From NCBI GenBank assembly GCA_964654465.1, contig CAZZIO010000035.1, positions 1 through 64,000 of the forward strand: a DNA stretch of 64,000 nt. The letters are read 5' to 3'. Of the stretch, positions 1 to 8,705 are shown in pieces. This stretch comes from an uncultured Dictyoglomota bacterium. Its GTDB lineage: Bacteria > Dictyoglomota > Dictyoglomia > Dictyoglomales > Dictyoglomaceae. A program made the position numbers and the translations under genes. Below the pieces are notes generated by a model. The model was not told the DNA's origin, made no database searches, and worked only from the letters and a program-made list of their open reading frames with translations. Within the stretch, counting starts at the first letter, position 1. Each line of letters starts with the position of its first letter.

Positions 1-17
1 ATGAAGGAAGAGGAGGC

Positions 18-135
18 TACTGGTGATTAGAGCGGAGGGGAAACGCCCGTTCCCATTCCGAACACGGAAGCTAAGCCCTCCAGCGCCGATGGTACTGCCC
101 TGGCAACGGGGTGGGAGAGTAGGTCATCGCCAGAG
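18..135 (+). rRNA. rrf: 5S ribosomal RNA
   Basis: Canonical 5S motifs CCCATTCCGAACACGGAAGCTAAGC, GCCGATGGTACTG and GGGAGAGTAGGTCATCGCCAG; terminal helix CTGGTGA/TCGCCAG. Ends are approximate. Confidence 0.97.
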
Positions 136-151
136 AGCCTCCTCTTTTTTT
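136..151 (+). terminator. Closing stem and U-tract downstream of 5S (AAGAGGAGGCT 8-18 pairs with AGCCTCCTCTT 136-146)
   Basis: 11-bp inverted repeat enclosing the 5S gene, followed by a T run. Confidence 0.6.
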
Positions 152-206
152 GATCAGTGTAAATTATTTCTGTTATTATTTTTAATCAATTTTAAAATTA
201 GGAATC

Positions 207-235
207 TTGACAAAAAATTTTTAAAATGTTAGTAT
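207..235 (+). promoter_or_regulatory. Sigma70/SigA promoter TTGACA-N17-TAGTAT with extended -10 TG
   Basis: TTGACA 207-212, TG 227-228, TAGTAT 230-235; predicted start near 241-242. Confidence 0.75.
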
Positions 236-240
236 TATTT

Positions 241-328
241 CAAAAAGAATTTGTTAAGAACCTTTCCAGGCGAGGGTCCCCTTCCCCCCTCACCCATCAC
301 CCCCTACCTCGCCTGGAAAGTTCTTTTA
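241..328 (+). ncRNA. Candidate sRNA or leader: 14-bp GC-rich stem with a 31-nt C-rich loop
   Basis: CTTTCCAGGCGAGG (262-275) pairs with CCTCGCCTGGAAAG (307-320); loop GTCCCCTTCCCCCCTCACCCATCACCCCCTA; promoter upstream and TTCTTTT downstream. Confidence 0.5.
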
Positions 329-359
329 ATTAATATATGCAAAAAGGGAGGAGTTTAAA

Positions 360-878
360 ATGAAAAAAATGATGAAGAATAATAGATTTTTAAAAATTTT
401 TTTAATGATTATATTATTTGTCCTATTAATTCATACATCTTACTCAATAGCCAATATAGGAGAAAATGAAAAAGCTATAGATTTTTCACTTAAAGATCTA
501 AAGGGGAAAAATTATAGGCTTTCTGATTTTAAAGGGAAAGTTATTTTATTAAATTTTTGGGCTACATGGTGCCCTCCATGTAGATATGAAATGCCGTTAT
601 TAGATAAGCTATACAAGGAACATAAAAATAAAGGATTTGAAATAGTGGCTGTTAGTCTAGACTCCAATCCTAAAAATGTTAATGATTACTTAAAGAATAA
701 TCCAGTTAGTTTTACTATTCTTTCTGACAGAGAAGGAAAAGCAGGATATACATATCAAATTGTAGCTATACCAACATCTTTTTTAATTGATAAAAATTTT
801 ATTATAAGAAAAATTTATTTAGGAATTATCTCAGAAAAGGATATTAAAAAGGAATTGGAAAAATGGCTAAAAAAGTAA
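360..878 (+). CDS. TlpA/ResA-family thiol-disulfide oxidoreductase (membrane-anchored)
   Basis: N-terminal hydrophobic anchor; LNFWATWCPPCRYEMP and AIPTSFLID motifs. Confidence 0.92.
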   Translation: MKKMMKNNRFLKIFLMIILFVLLIHTSYSIANIGENEKAIDFSLKDLKGKNYRLSDFKGKVILLNFWATWCPPCRYEMPLLDKLYKEHKNKGFEIVAVSLDSNPKNVNDYLKNNPVSFTILSDREGKAGYTYQIVAIPTSFLIDKNFIIRKIYLGIISEKDIKKELEKWLKK

Positions 879-1003
879 TTATAAGATTTTTTATATTCTT
901 TCTTATATTCCTTTTTTTGACTATTGGTATTTATATGGGAGAATTTTATGAGATCTATAGAAATAGTATTATTTTGTGTTTATCTTGTATAGGTATTCAA
1001 TAA
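863..1003 (+). CDS. 46-aa membrane CXXC protein (CD1871A-like), not in the ORF track
   Basis: Translates MAKKVIIRFFIFFLIFLFLTIGIYMGEFYEIYRNSIILCLSCIGIQ; one TM helix, C-terminal CLSCIGI; overlaps the end of tlpA. Confidence 0.8.
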   Translation: MAKKVIIRFFIFFLIFLFLTIGIYMGEFYEIYRNSIILCLSCIGIQ

Positions 1004-1551
1004 TTATTAGTAAAAATAATCTTTTTCTCTGAAATAATAATATCAACTTTTTGATCGTAAGGATCTTTTGGAAGTTCATTAATGATTAAATCGTCAAAGG
1101 TTAAACCTATTTTTATACCTCTTTTAATGTTGCTTAAAAAACGATCATAGTAACCTTTACCATAACCTATTCTATAACCTTTAACATCAAATGCAATTCC
1201 AGGTACTACAATAATATCGAACAAGTTATAATCTATTTCATAAATCTCCTTAGGTTGCAGTATACCAAATGGACCTTTTTCTAAATCATTAATTGTCTTA
1301 ATTTCTCCAAATTTTAAGTCTTTACCAAAGATAACGGGGCAAAATACTCTTTTGTTTTCTACAAGAGCATGATAAATTATGAACCTTGTATCTACCTCAT
1401 CTTTTATAGAGACATAAGTGTTAATTATAGATGCTTTTCCCCAAATAACTAAATTCTTCAGCTTATGAAAAATTTCATGAGATTTTACCTCTTTATCTCT
1501 TATATTCCTTCTTTTTTCTAAAAATATCTTCCGCAATTCTTTTTTATCCAT
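997..1551 (-). CDS. 5-formyltetrahydrofolate cyclo-ligase
   Basis: DIIVVPGIAFD..GYRIGYGKGYYDRFL motif. Confidence 0.95.
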   Translation of the reverse strand: MDKKELRKIFLEKRRNIRDKEVKSHEIFHKLKNLVIWGKASIINTYVSIKDEVDTRFIIYHALVENKRVFCPVIFGKDLKFGEIKTINDLEKGPFGILQPKEIYEIDYNLFDIIVVPGIAFDVKGYRIGYGKGYYDRFLSNIKRGIKIGLTFDDLIINELPKDPYDQKVDIIISEKKIIFTNNY

Positions 1552-1600
1552 TTATATAACCTCTTTTCTTTTTTTAGTTTATATATTATAATCCAAAAAA

Positions 1601-1692
1601 GCCTGCAGATCTTTAGGATCGCGGGACAATATCAATAAATATCAATATAAATAGTCAAATCAAAAAAACGGCATCCCTTGTTGGGGAGCCGG
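1601..1692 (+). promoter_or_regulatory. pan-motif-like RNA leader (two hairpins, each with a bulged A)
   Basis: CCTGC-A-GATC..GATC-GCGGG (1602-1625) and CGGC-A-TCCC..GGGA-GCCG (1669-1691); TATAAT at 1587-1592; lies upstream of pantothenate genes. Confidence 0.65.
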
Positions 1693-1707
1693 AAGGGAGG
1701 TATTAAA

Positions 1708-2433
1708 ATGTTTAAAAACATCAAAAAAATCTCATTAGCATCTCTTTTTGTTGCAATTACCCTCTTATTAGGTTTTTCACGTATAGGCTATATATCCCTA
1801 CCAACACCAGCAGGTGCTGCAACAATAATGCATATTCCAGTGATATTAGCAGGCATTGTTATGGGACCATGGTTTGGAGCCTTAGTAGGTAGCATTTTTG
1901 GCATTTCTGCAGTTATGTATTTTTCCCATATTGCTCCTTTCTGGGTGCTTTTTCCTGCAAGACCTTTTATTGGTATTGTTTCAGGTCTTGTTTATAATTT
2001 TCTCTTATCCTTTTTTAGGTCTCAAAAGAAGCTTAAAAACTCTACCGCTTTTATTATCTCTTTTGTAGTTTTCTCTTTCGCATATCTTAGTGGTGTCTAT
2101 ATCATGAGAGAGTGGTTTACAGAAAGCCTTATTAATTACTCTTTAGAATTTAGTTTTTTAATAGCTTTAATCTCTTTTATCATAGCTTTTTTAATTTTAT
2201 TTATAATAAAAGAAAAAGAAGGAGAAATAGTTGCCATTGGAATAGCATCCTTCTTAGGAAGTATGACTAACACTGTGGGAACTCTTGGTCTTGCAGCAAT
2301 TTTTAAAATTTTCCCATTAGGAGTTATTATATCCATAGGAATTCTTCATGGTATTCCAGAAGCAATTATCGCGTCAATAATTTGTCCACCTATAGTTGTA
2401 TTATTAAAAAGATTAATTAAGGAGAGTGCATAG
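1708..2433 (+). CDS. panT: ECF transporter S component, pantothenate type
   Basis: IGYISLP..ATIMHIPVILAG, TNTVGTL and GIPEAII motifs; SD GGGAGG before ATG 1708; adjacent to coaX. Confidence 0.85.
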   Translation: MFKNIKKISLASLFVAITLLLGFSRIGYISLPTPAGAATIMHIPVILAGIVMGPWFGALVGSIFGISAVMYFSHIAPFWVLFPARPFIGIVSGLVYNFLLSFFRSQKKLKNSTAFIISFVVFSFAYLSGVYIMREWFTESLINYSLEFSFLIALISFIIAFLILFIIKEKEGEIVAIGIASFLGSMTNTVGTLGLAAIFKIFPLGVIISIGILHGIPEAIIASIICPPIVVLLKRLIKESA

Positions 2434-2436
2434 GGT

Positions 2437-3204
2437 ATGCTTTTAACTATAGATATCGGCAATTCAAATATAGATATAGCTTATTTTAAAAAAAATAAAA
2501 TTATATCTCATTATGAATTTGAGACTAAGAAATACTCTACAAGCTATGAATATTCACTACTTATTGAATGGACTCTAAAAAGAAATGGGATCTCCGAGGC
2601 TAAAGTAGAAGGTATAGCTATATCTTCTGTAGTTCCATCTCTTACCTCAGTTTTTGTTGATGCCATAAGATATATCTTCAATTATTCTCCTTTTGTTGTA
2701 GAACCAGGAATAAAAACAGGAATCTCCATAGAGACAGAAAACCCCAAAGAGGTAGGTTCAGATCTTATATGTAATGTGGTTGCTATTCAAGAAGAGTATG
2801 GTCCAGTTGGAATAGCTATAGATTTTGGCACAGCAACTACTTTTTCTGCTATAGAGAATAAGAAATTTTTAGGAGTAGCTATAGCACCGGGCGTAGGGAC
2901 GGCATCCTACGCCCTCTTTGAAAAAACCGCTAAACTTCCTCAAGTAGATATTAAAGCTCCAGAATCTTCCTTAGGAAAAAACACTATATCTGCAATTCAA
3001 GCAGGAATAGTTTTTGGGTTTGCAGGACTTGTTGATGGAATTTTAGAAAGACAAATATCAGAAATGAATGGAAATCCTGTTCTTATAAGTACTGGTGGTT
3101 GGGCTAAAAGAATAGTACCTCATTCAAAATACCTTAAATTAGAAAATATTGATCCTTATCTTACTCTTAAAGGACTTTGTTATCTTTATAAAAAAAACCT
3201 GTGA
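2437..3204 (+). CDS. coaX: Type III pantothenate kinase
   Basis: LLTIDIGNSN, EVGSDL, IDFGTATT and TGG motifs. Confidence 0.95.
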   Translation: MLLTIDIGNSNIDIAYFKKNKIISHYEFETKKYSTSYEYSLLIEWTLKRNGISEAKVEGIAISSVVPSLTSVFVDAIRYIFNYSPFVVEPGIKTGISIETENPKEVGSDLICNVVAIQEEYGPVGIAIDFGTATTFSAIENKKFLGVAIAPGVGTASYALFEKTAKLPQVDIKAPESSLGKNTISAIQAGIVFGFAGLVDGILERQISEMNGNPVLISTGGWAKRIVPHSKYLKLENIDPYLTLKGLCYLYKKNL

Positions 3205-3260
3205 TATAATATAAAAAGTTTAAGATTATTTTAAAAACAATTTAGTGGGGTGTATTAAAA

Positions 3261-5033
3261 ATGTTTAAAAAACTTTTTGTCTTTCTTTTAGTTTTATTAA
3301 TCCTTATTGTCCCTATTTTTGCTCAAGCAACAAAAAGGGTAGCAATAATAACATATCTAAAAGGAAATGTTTATGTAAAAAAGGCTGAATCAGAGTTATG
3401 GATACCTGCTAAGTTAAAAATGGAACTTTCTTCAGGAGATAAGATTTGGGTACAACAAAACTCACAAGCTATATTAGAGTTTTCAGATAGATCAACCCTA
3501 AAACTTGCTTCAAATACCCAGCTTGATATTTTAAGATTGGATCGTGATAAAGATACACAAAAAGAAGTATCAATATTTAAATTACTTTTAGGAAAAGTAT
3601 GGGCGACAGTTGAGAAGATATTATCTATAGGAGAAAGAGTAGAGATACACACACCTACAGCTGTTGCAGGTGTAAGAGGTACGGAATGGATTCAGCAAGT
3701 AAGTGAAGATGGAACGACTGTGGTGAAAACTCTTAAAGGAGTAGTTTCTTTTTCTGCTAAAGGTGTAACAGTAGATGTAAAAGAAGGTTTTCAAAGTATT
3801 GTAAAACCTGAAAATCCTCCTGAAAATCCGACACCAATAACAGAAATTGAAAAGTTTGATGAAGAAGAGAAACCAAAAGAAGAAAAGCCCAAAGAAGAGA
3901 TTAAAGAAGAGAAACCTATTACACCTCCTCAAAGGGGATCATCCGAAGGTGTTAGATTAGCGCTTAATAATAATTTAGATTATGGTTTATATAAAAAGAA
4001 TGATTTGATGCTTGCTAAACTTTCCTTTTCTCCAGAACTTTCTTTTGGAATATTAAAACTCGGTCTTGATCTTTCTTTATATACCGATGGAGAAAGTATA
4101 AGTTATATTCAAGGAAAAATAAGGTATGGAGAACTAAATTTACCTTGGCTTGGAATAAAATATGGTGTTATAGATCACTTTACTCTTGGATACGGATTAA
4201 TTGCCAATAGATATTCCACATATGAAATGGAGGGGGTAGTACTTCGATTAGAAGATCCAAAAAGAGGGGGTATTCTTACTCTCTTTCCTTCTCCTTTTAA
4301 TAAATATGAAAATCTAACCTCAACATATGCATTGAGAGCTTTTTATCGACCCATAAATAGATTAGAAATTGGTATAAATGGTATGATGGATATGGATGTT
4401 GATGAAAATAAAAGACAAGCAATAGTTGGAGCAGATTTATCGTACTTTTTGACAAAAAATACTGTTATTTATTCATCTTTTGCACAAAGAATAATACATG
4501 ATGGAGTAACAATTAGTGATCCAAGAGTTCTAAGTGAAAATGGTGTTGCATTAGGTCTTCAAAGCAATTTCAGTCTTTTCAACAGTGTTTTTAGTGTCCA
4601 GCTAATAAACTTTTCTGATAATTTTTATCCTGGTTATTTCAATGCTTATTATGAAAAGAATAAGGTACTTAAAACTCTATCTCCTTTAAAAGAGTCTGTA
4701 AATAGAATATTTGGTTTAACATTAGACTTAGACACTAATATATTAAATATTGCCTTTTTAAATGTAAATTACCAATCTTTTAATGGTATGCGTCCATCTA
4801 TATATAGTAGATTTACTATGTCATTAAATGAAAGATTAAAGATGAACTTACTATACGAGCAAAAAGAGATAAAAACTCCATTTATGCTCTTTAATGAAAA
4901 TACAATTATGACTTTAAATATAACCTATCCATTAGCTCAAAATGTAGATGCTATACTAACTATAAAAAGAACTTTTGATCCTTATGGTAATCCAACAGAT
5001 ATATATTTTGTATCGACAAAGTTAAGACTTTAA
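3261..5033 (+). CDS. Secreted FecR-domain protein with Pro/Glu/Lys linker and probable beta-barrel C-terminal domain
   Basis: Signal peptide; FecR-like motif TPTAVAGVRGT; linker PENPPENPTP..EEKPKEEKPKEE; amphipathic beta-strand-like C-terminal half ending YFVSTKLRL. Confidence 0.75.
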   Translation: MFKKLFVFLLVLLILIVPIFAQATKRVAIITYLKGNVYVKKAESELWIPAKLKMELSSGDKIWVQQNSQAILEFSDRSTLKLASNTQLDILRLDRDKDTQKEVSIFKLLLGKVWATVEKILSIGERVEIHTPTAVAGVRGTEWIQQVSEDGTTVVKTLKGVVSFSAKGVTVDVKEGFQSIVKPENPPENPTPITEIEKFDEEEKPKEEKPKEEIKEEKPITPPQRGSSEGVRLALNNNLDYGLYKKNDLMLAKLSFSPELSFGILKLGLDLSLYTDGESISYIQGKIRYGELNLPWLGIKYGVIDHFTLGYGLIANRYSTYEMEGVVLRLEDPKRGGILTLFPSPFNKYENLTSTYALRAFYRPINRLEIGINGMMDMDVDENKRQAIVGADLSYFLTKNTVIYSSFAQRIIHDGVTISDPRVLSENGVALGLQSNFSLFNSVFSVQLINFSDNFYPGYFNAYYEKNKVLKTLSPLKESVNRIFGLTLDLDTNILNIAFLNVNYQSFNGMRPSIYSRFTMSLNERLKMNLLYEQKEIKTPFMLFNENTIMTLNITYPLAQNVDAILTIKRTFDPYGNPTDIYFVSTKLRL

Positions 5034-5036
5034 AAA

Positions 5037-6860
5037 GTGAATTATATAAATAGGTTTATAAAGAATGGCATAATAATAAGATGTATAATAGTGCTAATAT
5101 CTTTTGTAGTGACTTTATTATTGTTTCAAAGTCAAGTACTTCAAAAACTTGAATTAGGCTCTATTAACTTAAGATTTATATTTAGAGGGGAGAGAGAGTC
5201 AGAAAGTAATATCGTAATAATAGGAATAGACGATAATTCAATACAAGAATTAGGTAATTTTCCTTGGAATAGATCTTTATATGTGGAATTAATAAATAAA
5301 CTAGGGAAAAATCCCAAAATTATAGCCTTTGATATATATTTTGATACAGAAACAACTCCGGTAGATGATAAGAAATTTGAGGAACTTTTAAAAAGGGATA
5401 AAAGGATAATACTTTCTGCTTTTTATATATCAGTGGATGATCCAAGATATGGTTCTCTTAAAAGACTCTTTCTTCCCATTGATAAATTTTTGAAAAACGC
5501 TAAGGTTGGACTCGTTAATCCAGAACATGATTTGGATGGATTTATAAGAAGATTCCAACTAAAAAATTTCGTATTAGAAAAGGAATGGATTTCTTTTCCT
5601 TTTTTAATAGCATTAAAATATCTTTCTCTAACTTCAGACGAATATATTTCTAAAACAAAATTGTTCACAGATAAAAAAAATAACATATATATAAATTACA
5701 GAGGAGGACCCTTTAGTTATCCTGTTTACTCTTTTGTTGATATATTAAAAGGAAATATTGATCCAAATGTTTTTAAAAACAAAATTGTTCTTATAGGTGC
5801 AGTAACTGAGACATTACACGATACTCATTTTACTCCATTTTATGGTTTTATAAGATATGGAGGTTCTATTAGATTAGGAAAAATGCCGGGAGTAGAAGTT
5901 CATGCTAATGCTATAGACACCCTTATTAGCAAAGATTTTATAAAACCTTTTAATGATGGATCCCCATTATATATAATTACACTACTTATGAATTTTATTC
6001 CTTCTATTTTAATAAGAAAATACAAGACAATTTTTATATTTGTAATATCCGTGATATTTTCCTTATTATACCTCACAATAGCCAATTTATTTTTTGTTTA
6101 TTTTAATACGTTACTTCCATATTACATACCAGTATTTGGACTTTTAATTTCTTATTTATTTAACATGTTATATGAAATTATAAAAACAGAACAAGAAAAG
6201 AGAGAAATTAAGACATTATTTCAAAGATTTGTCTCTCCAGAAGTAGTTGAAATGCTTCTTAAAACAGAAAGAGATAAAATTTTCACTACCAAAAGAGAGA
6301 AGATAAGCGTTCTGTTTGCAGATATTAGAAATTTTACTTATTACTCTGATATAAGAGAACCTGAAGAGATAATTAAGATTTTAGATGATTTCTTAAAAAG
6401 CTCTTCAGATATTGTTTTAAAAAACAATGGGACTGTAGATAAATTTATGGGAGATGCAATAATGGCAATTTTTGGAGCTCCTTATCCTTTGGAAAATACT
6501 GCAGAAAAAGCTGTACTTTCTGCCTTAGAAATACAAGAAAAGATCAGGAAATTACAATTAGAATGGAAAAGTCAAGGTTATCCTTCTTTTGAAGTGGGAA
6601 TAGGAATTTCCTCGGGAGAAGCTTTAGTGGGTATTATAGGACCCAAACAGAAGATAGAATATACAGCAATCGGAAATACTGTAAATCTTGCATCTCGATT
6701 AGAAGGTTTAGCTAAAGGAGGAGAGATTCTAATATGTGAACAAACATATAATGAAATAAAAGATAAGTTTATTATTGAAGATCTTGGTTTTTTCAATATT
6801 AAAGGAAAAGAAAAACCTGTTCATGTATTTAGAGTATTAGGGTACAAAAATGAAAATTAA
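5037..6860 (+). CDS. CHASE2-domain class III adenylate cyclase
   Basis: CHASE2 motifs (FPWNR, DLDGFIRR, MPGVEVHAN), TM helices, cyclase motifs FADIRNFT, DKFMGDAIMA, EYTAIGNTVNLASRLE. Confidence 0.92.
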   Translation: MNYINRFIKNGIIIRCIIVLISFVVTLLLFQSQVLQKLELGSINLRFIFRGERESESNIVIIGIDDNSIQELGNFPWNRSLYVELINKLGKNPKIIAFDIYFDTETTPVDDKKFEELLKRDKRIILSAFYISVDDPRYGSLKRLFLPIDKFLKNAKVGLVNPEHDLDGFIRRFQLKNFVLEKEWISFPFLIALKYLSLTSDEYISKTKLFTDKKNNIYINYRGGPFSYPVYSFVDILKGNIDPNVFKNKIVLIGAVTETLHDTHFTPFYGFIRYGGSIRLGKMPGVEVHANAIDTLISKDFIKPFNDGSPLYIITLLMNFIPSILIRKYKTIFIFVISVIFSLLYLTIANLFFVYFNTLLPYYIPVFGLLISYLFNMLYEIIKTEQEKREIKTLFQRFVSPEVVEMLLKTERDKIFTTKREKISVLFADIRNFTYYSDIREPEEIIKILDDFLKSSSDIVLKNNGTVDKFMGDAIMAIFGAPYPLENTAEKAVLSALEIQEKIRKLQLEWKSQGYPSFEVGIGISSGEALVGIIGPKQKIEYTAIGNTVNLASRLEGLAKGGEILICEQTYNEIKDKFIIEDLGFFNIKGKEKPVHVFRVLGYKNEN

Positions 6861-7986
6861 AATAGGTAAAATACTTAAAGAAAATATATCTTTAAAAAAA
6901 GAAATAGAGAGACTCTATTTAATTAGGGAGATTTCCTATAAGATTGTTTCAAATTTGAATCTTTCTGATCTTTTAAAAATAATCATGGAAATAGTAAAAG
7001 AGAGTTTAATGGTTGAGGCTTGTTCGTTACTTCTTCTTGATTCCAAAAAAGAAGAATTATATTTTGAAGTAGCTCTTGGAGAAAAGGGAGATACAATCAA
7101 AAGATATACAGTAAAAGTAGGGGAGGGGATTGCAGGAAAAGTTGCTCAAACAAGGACTCCTATTATTGAAAATAATGTGGAAAGTAGTAATATATTCAAT
7201 CCAAAATTTGATTATTTAACCTCTTTCAAAACCAAATCCATTTTAGGGGTACCAATGTTGTATAAAGATGAACTAATAGGTGTAATAGAAGCTATAAACA
7301 AAAAAAGCGATAAACCTTTTGACTATGAAGATTTAGACTTACTACAAACTATAGCAAATGAAGCTGCTGTAGCAATAAAAAATGCTCTTTTATACAATAA
7401 CTTAAAAAGTCTATTTTTTGATACTATAGAATCTCTTGTAAATGCTATTGATGCAAAAGATCCTTATACTCATGGACATTCAAAAAGGGTCTCTGAATTT
7501 TCATATTTAATTGGTAAAGAATTAAATTTAGATTCTGATTATTTAGAAAAAATTAGACTTGCAGGGTTACTACATGATATAGGAAAAATTGGGGTAGAGG
7601 ATAATATTCTGAGGAAAAAGGATAAACTTTCTGAAGATGAATTAATGGAGATAAAAAAGCATCCAATAATAGGGAAAAATATATTAGCACCCATCGATCT
7701 TTTAGAGGATATTATAAAAGGTATTGAAGAACACCATGAAAGATATGATGGTAAAGGATATCCAAAAGGCTTAAAAGGTGAAGAAATTTCTCTTATTGGA
7801 AGAATTATTTCTGTGGCAGATACTCTTGATGCTTTAATATCTGATAGACCTTATAGAAAAGGTGTAAGTTTAAATTTGGCAATAGATAGAATTAAAGAGG
7901 AAAAAGGAAAGCAATTTGATCCTTCTATAGTTGAGGCTCTTTTATCTCTTTACAGAAGGGGATTACTTAAATGTTCTGGTTTTTAA
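6850..7986 (+). CDS. GAF + HD-GYP cyclic-dinucleotide phosphodiesterase
   Basis: GAF (GEGIAG, LIGVIEAIN); YTHGHSKRV, LLHDIGKIG and HHERYDGKGYP motifs. Confidence 0.92.
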   Translation: MKIKIGKILKENISLKKEIERLYLIREISYKIVSNLNLSDLLKIIMEIVKESLMVEACSLLLLDSKKEELYFEVALGEKGDTIKRYTVKVGEGIAGKVAQTRTPIIENNVESSNIFNPKFDYLTSFKTKSILGVPMLYKDELIGVIEAINKKSDKPFDYEDLDLLQTIANEAAVAIKNALLYNNLKSLFFDTIESLVNAIDAKDPYTHGHSKRVSEFSYLIGKELNLDSDYLEKIRLAGLLHDIGKIGVEDNILRKKDKLSEDELMEIKKHPIIGKNILAPIDLLEDIIKGIEEHHERYDGKGYPKGLKGEEISLIGRIISVADTLDALISDRPYRKGVSLNLAIDRIKEEKGKQFDPSIVEALLSLYRRGLLKCSGF

Positions 7987-8705
7987 GGTTATTTTTAGCA
8001 CATCTTATTGCAGATTTCACTTTACAGACGAACAGAGTATTTAAATATAAAGTCTATAATAAATATGGAGTACTGATACATACAAGTATTTACTTAGTAA
8101 TTACAATTCTACTTTCCATACCTTACTTAACTTCCCCAATGTGTTTCTCTTATATTTTTATTCTATTTTCATTACACACTATAATAGATCTTTCGAAAAT
8201 CAAAAAGATATCCAAAAGTAATGGTATTAGGGAATTTTTGAAAGATCAAATTCAACATTTTATAACTTTAATTTCTGTTTTCTTATTACCTCAAGCAAAG
8301 GAGCCCAAATATCTAAATCTAAGCTCTCCTTTATCCTTTTTAAATCGCTTTTATAATAGTGATTACTATATTCTTTTATCTATTGGTTATTTTTTCGTTG
8401 CTTTTGCAGGAACTATCTTTTATTTTTATGTTATAAAAACCTTTGGGGGGAAAAATATATTTTACAAAGATGGAATATCAATAAAGGAAAAATATATGGA
8501 GGTTATTTTAAGAACTATAATATTCATTACTTACTATATAGGCTCATTTTATGTATCACTTTTTGTTTTTATAATTTTGAGAATTTTAGAGATGATCATT
8601 AATAAGACTTATAGAAACATTATATCTTTTCTATTGATATTAACATATGATTTTACCTTTATATTTTCCATGATTACTTTTCTAAATGCCCTTTTAGGAA
8701 CTTAG
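7971..8705 (+). CDS. DUF3307-like membrane protein
   Basis: LAHLIADFTLQT, H..ID and DQIQH motifs; multiple TM segments. Confidence 0.75.
   Translation: MFWFLRLFLAHLIADFTLQTNRVFKYKVYNKYGVLIHTSIYLVITILLSIPYLTSPMCFSYIFILFSLHTIIDLSKIKKISKSNGIREFLKDQIQHFITLISVFLLPQAKEPKYLNLSSPLSFLNRFYNSDYYILLSIGYFFVAFAGTIFYFYVIKTFGGKNIFYKDGISIKEKYMEVILRTIIFITYYIGSFYVSLFVFIILRILEMIINKTYRNIISFLLILTYDFTFIFSMITFLNALLGT

Noticed and set aside
23-232. 69-aa ORF in the ORF track
   Set aside because: Overlaps the 5S rRNA; spurious
1552-1700. Possible 6S RNA upstream of the 5-formyl-THF cyclo-ligase gene, a common synteny
   Set aside because: The gap is too short and has no long rod-like structure; the hairpins fit a pan-like leader on the other strand
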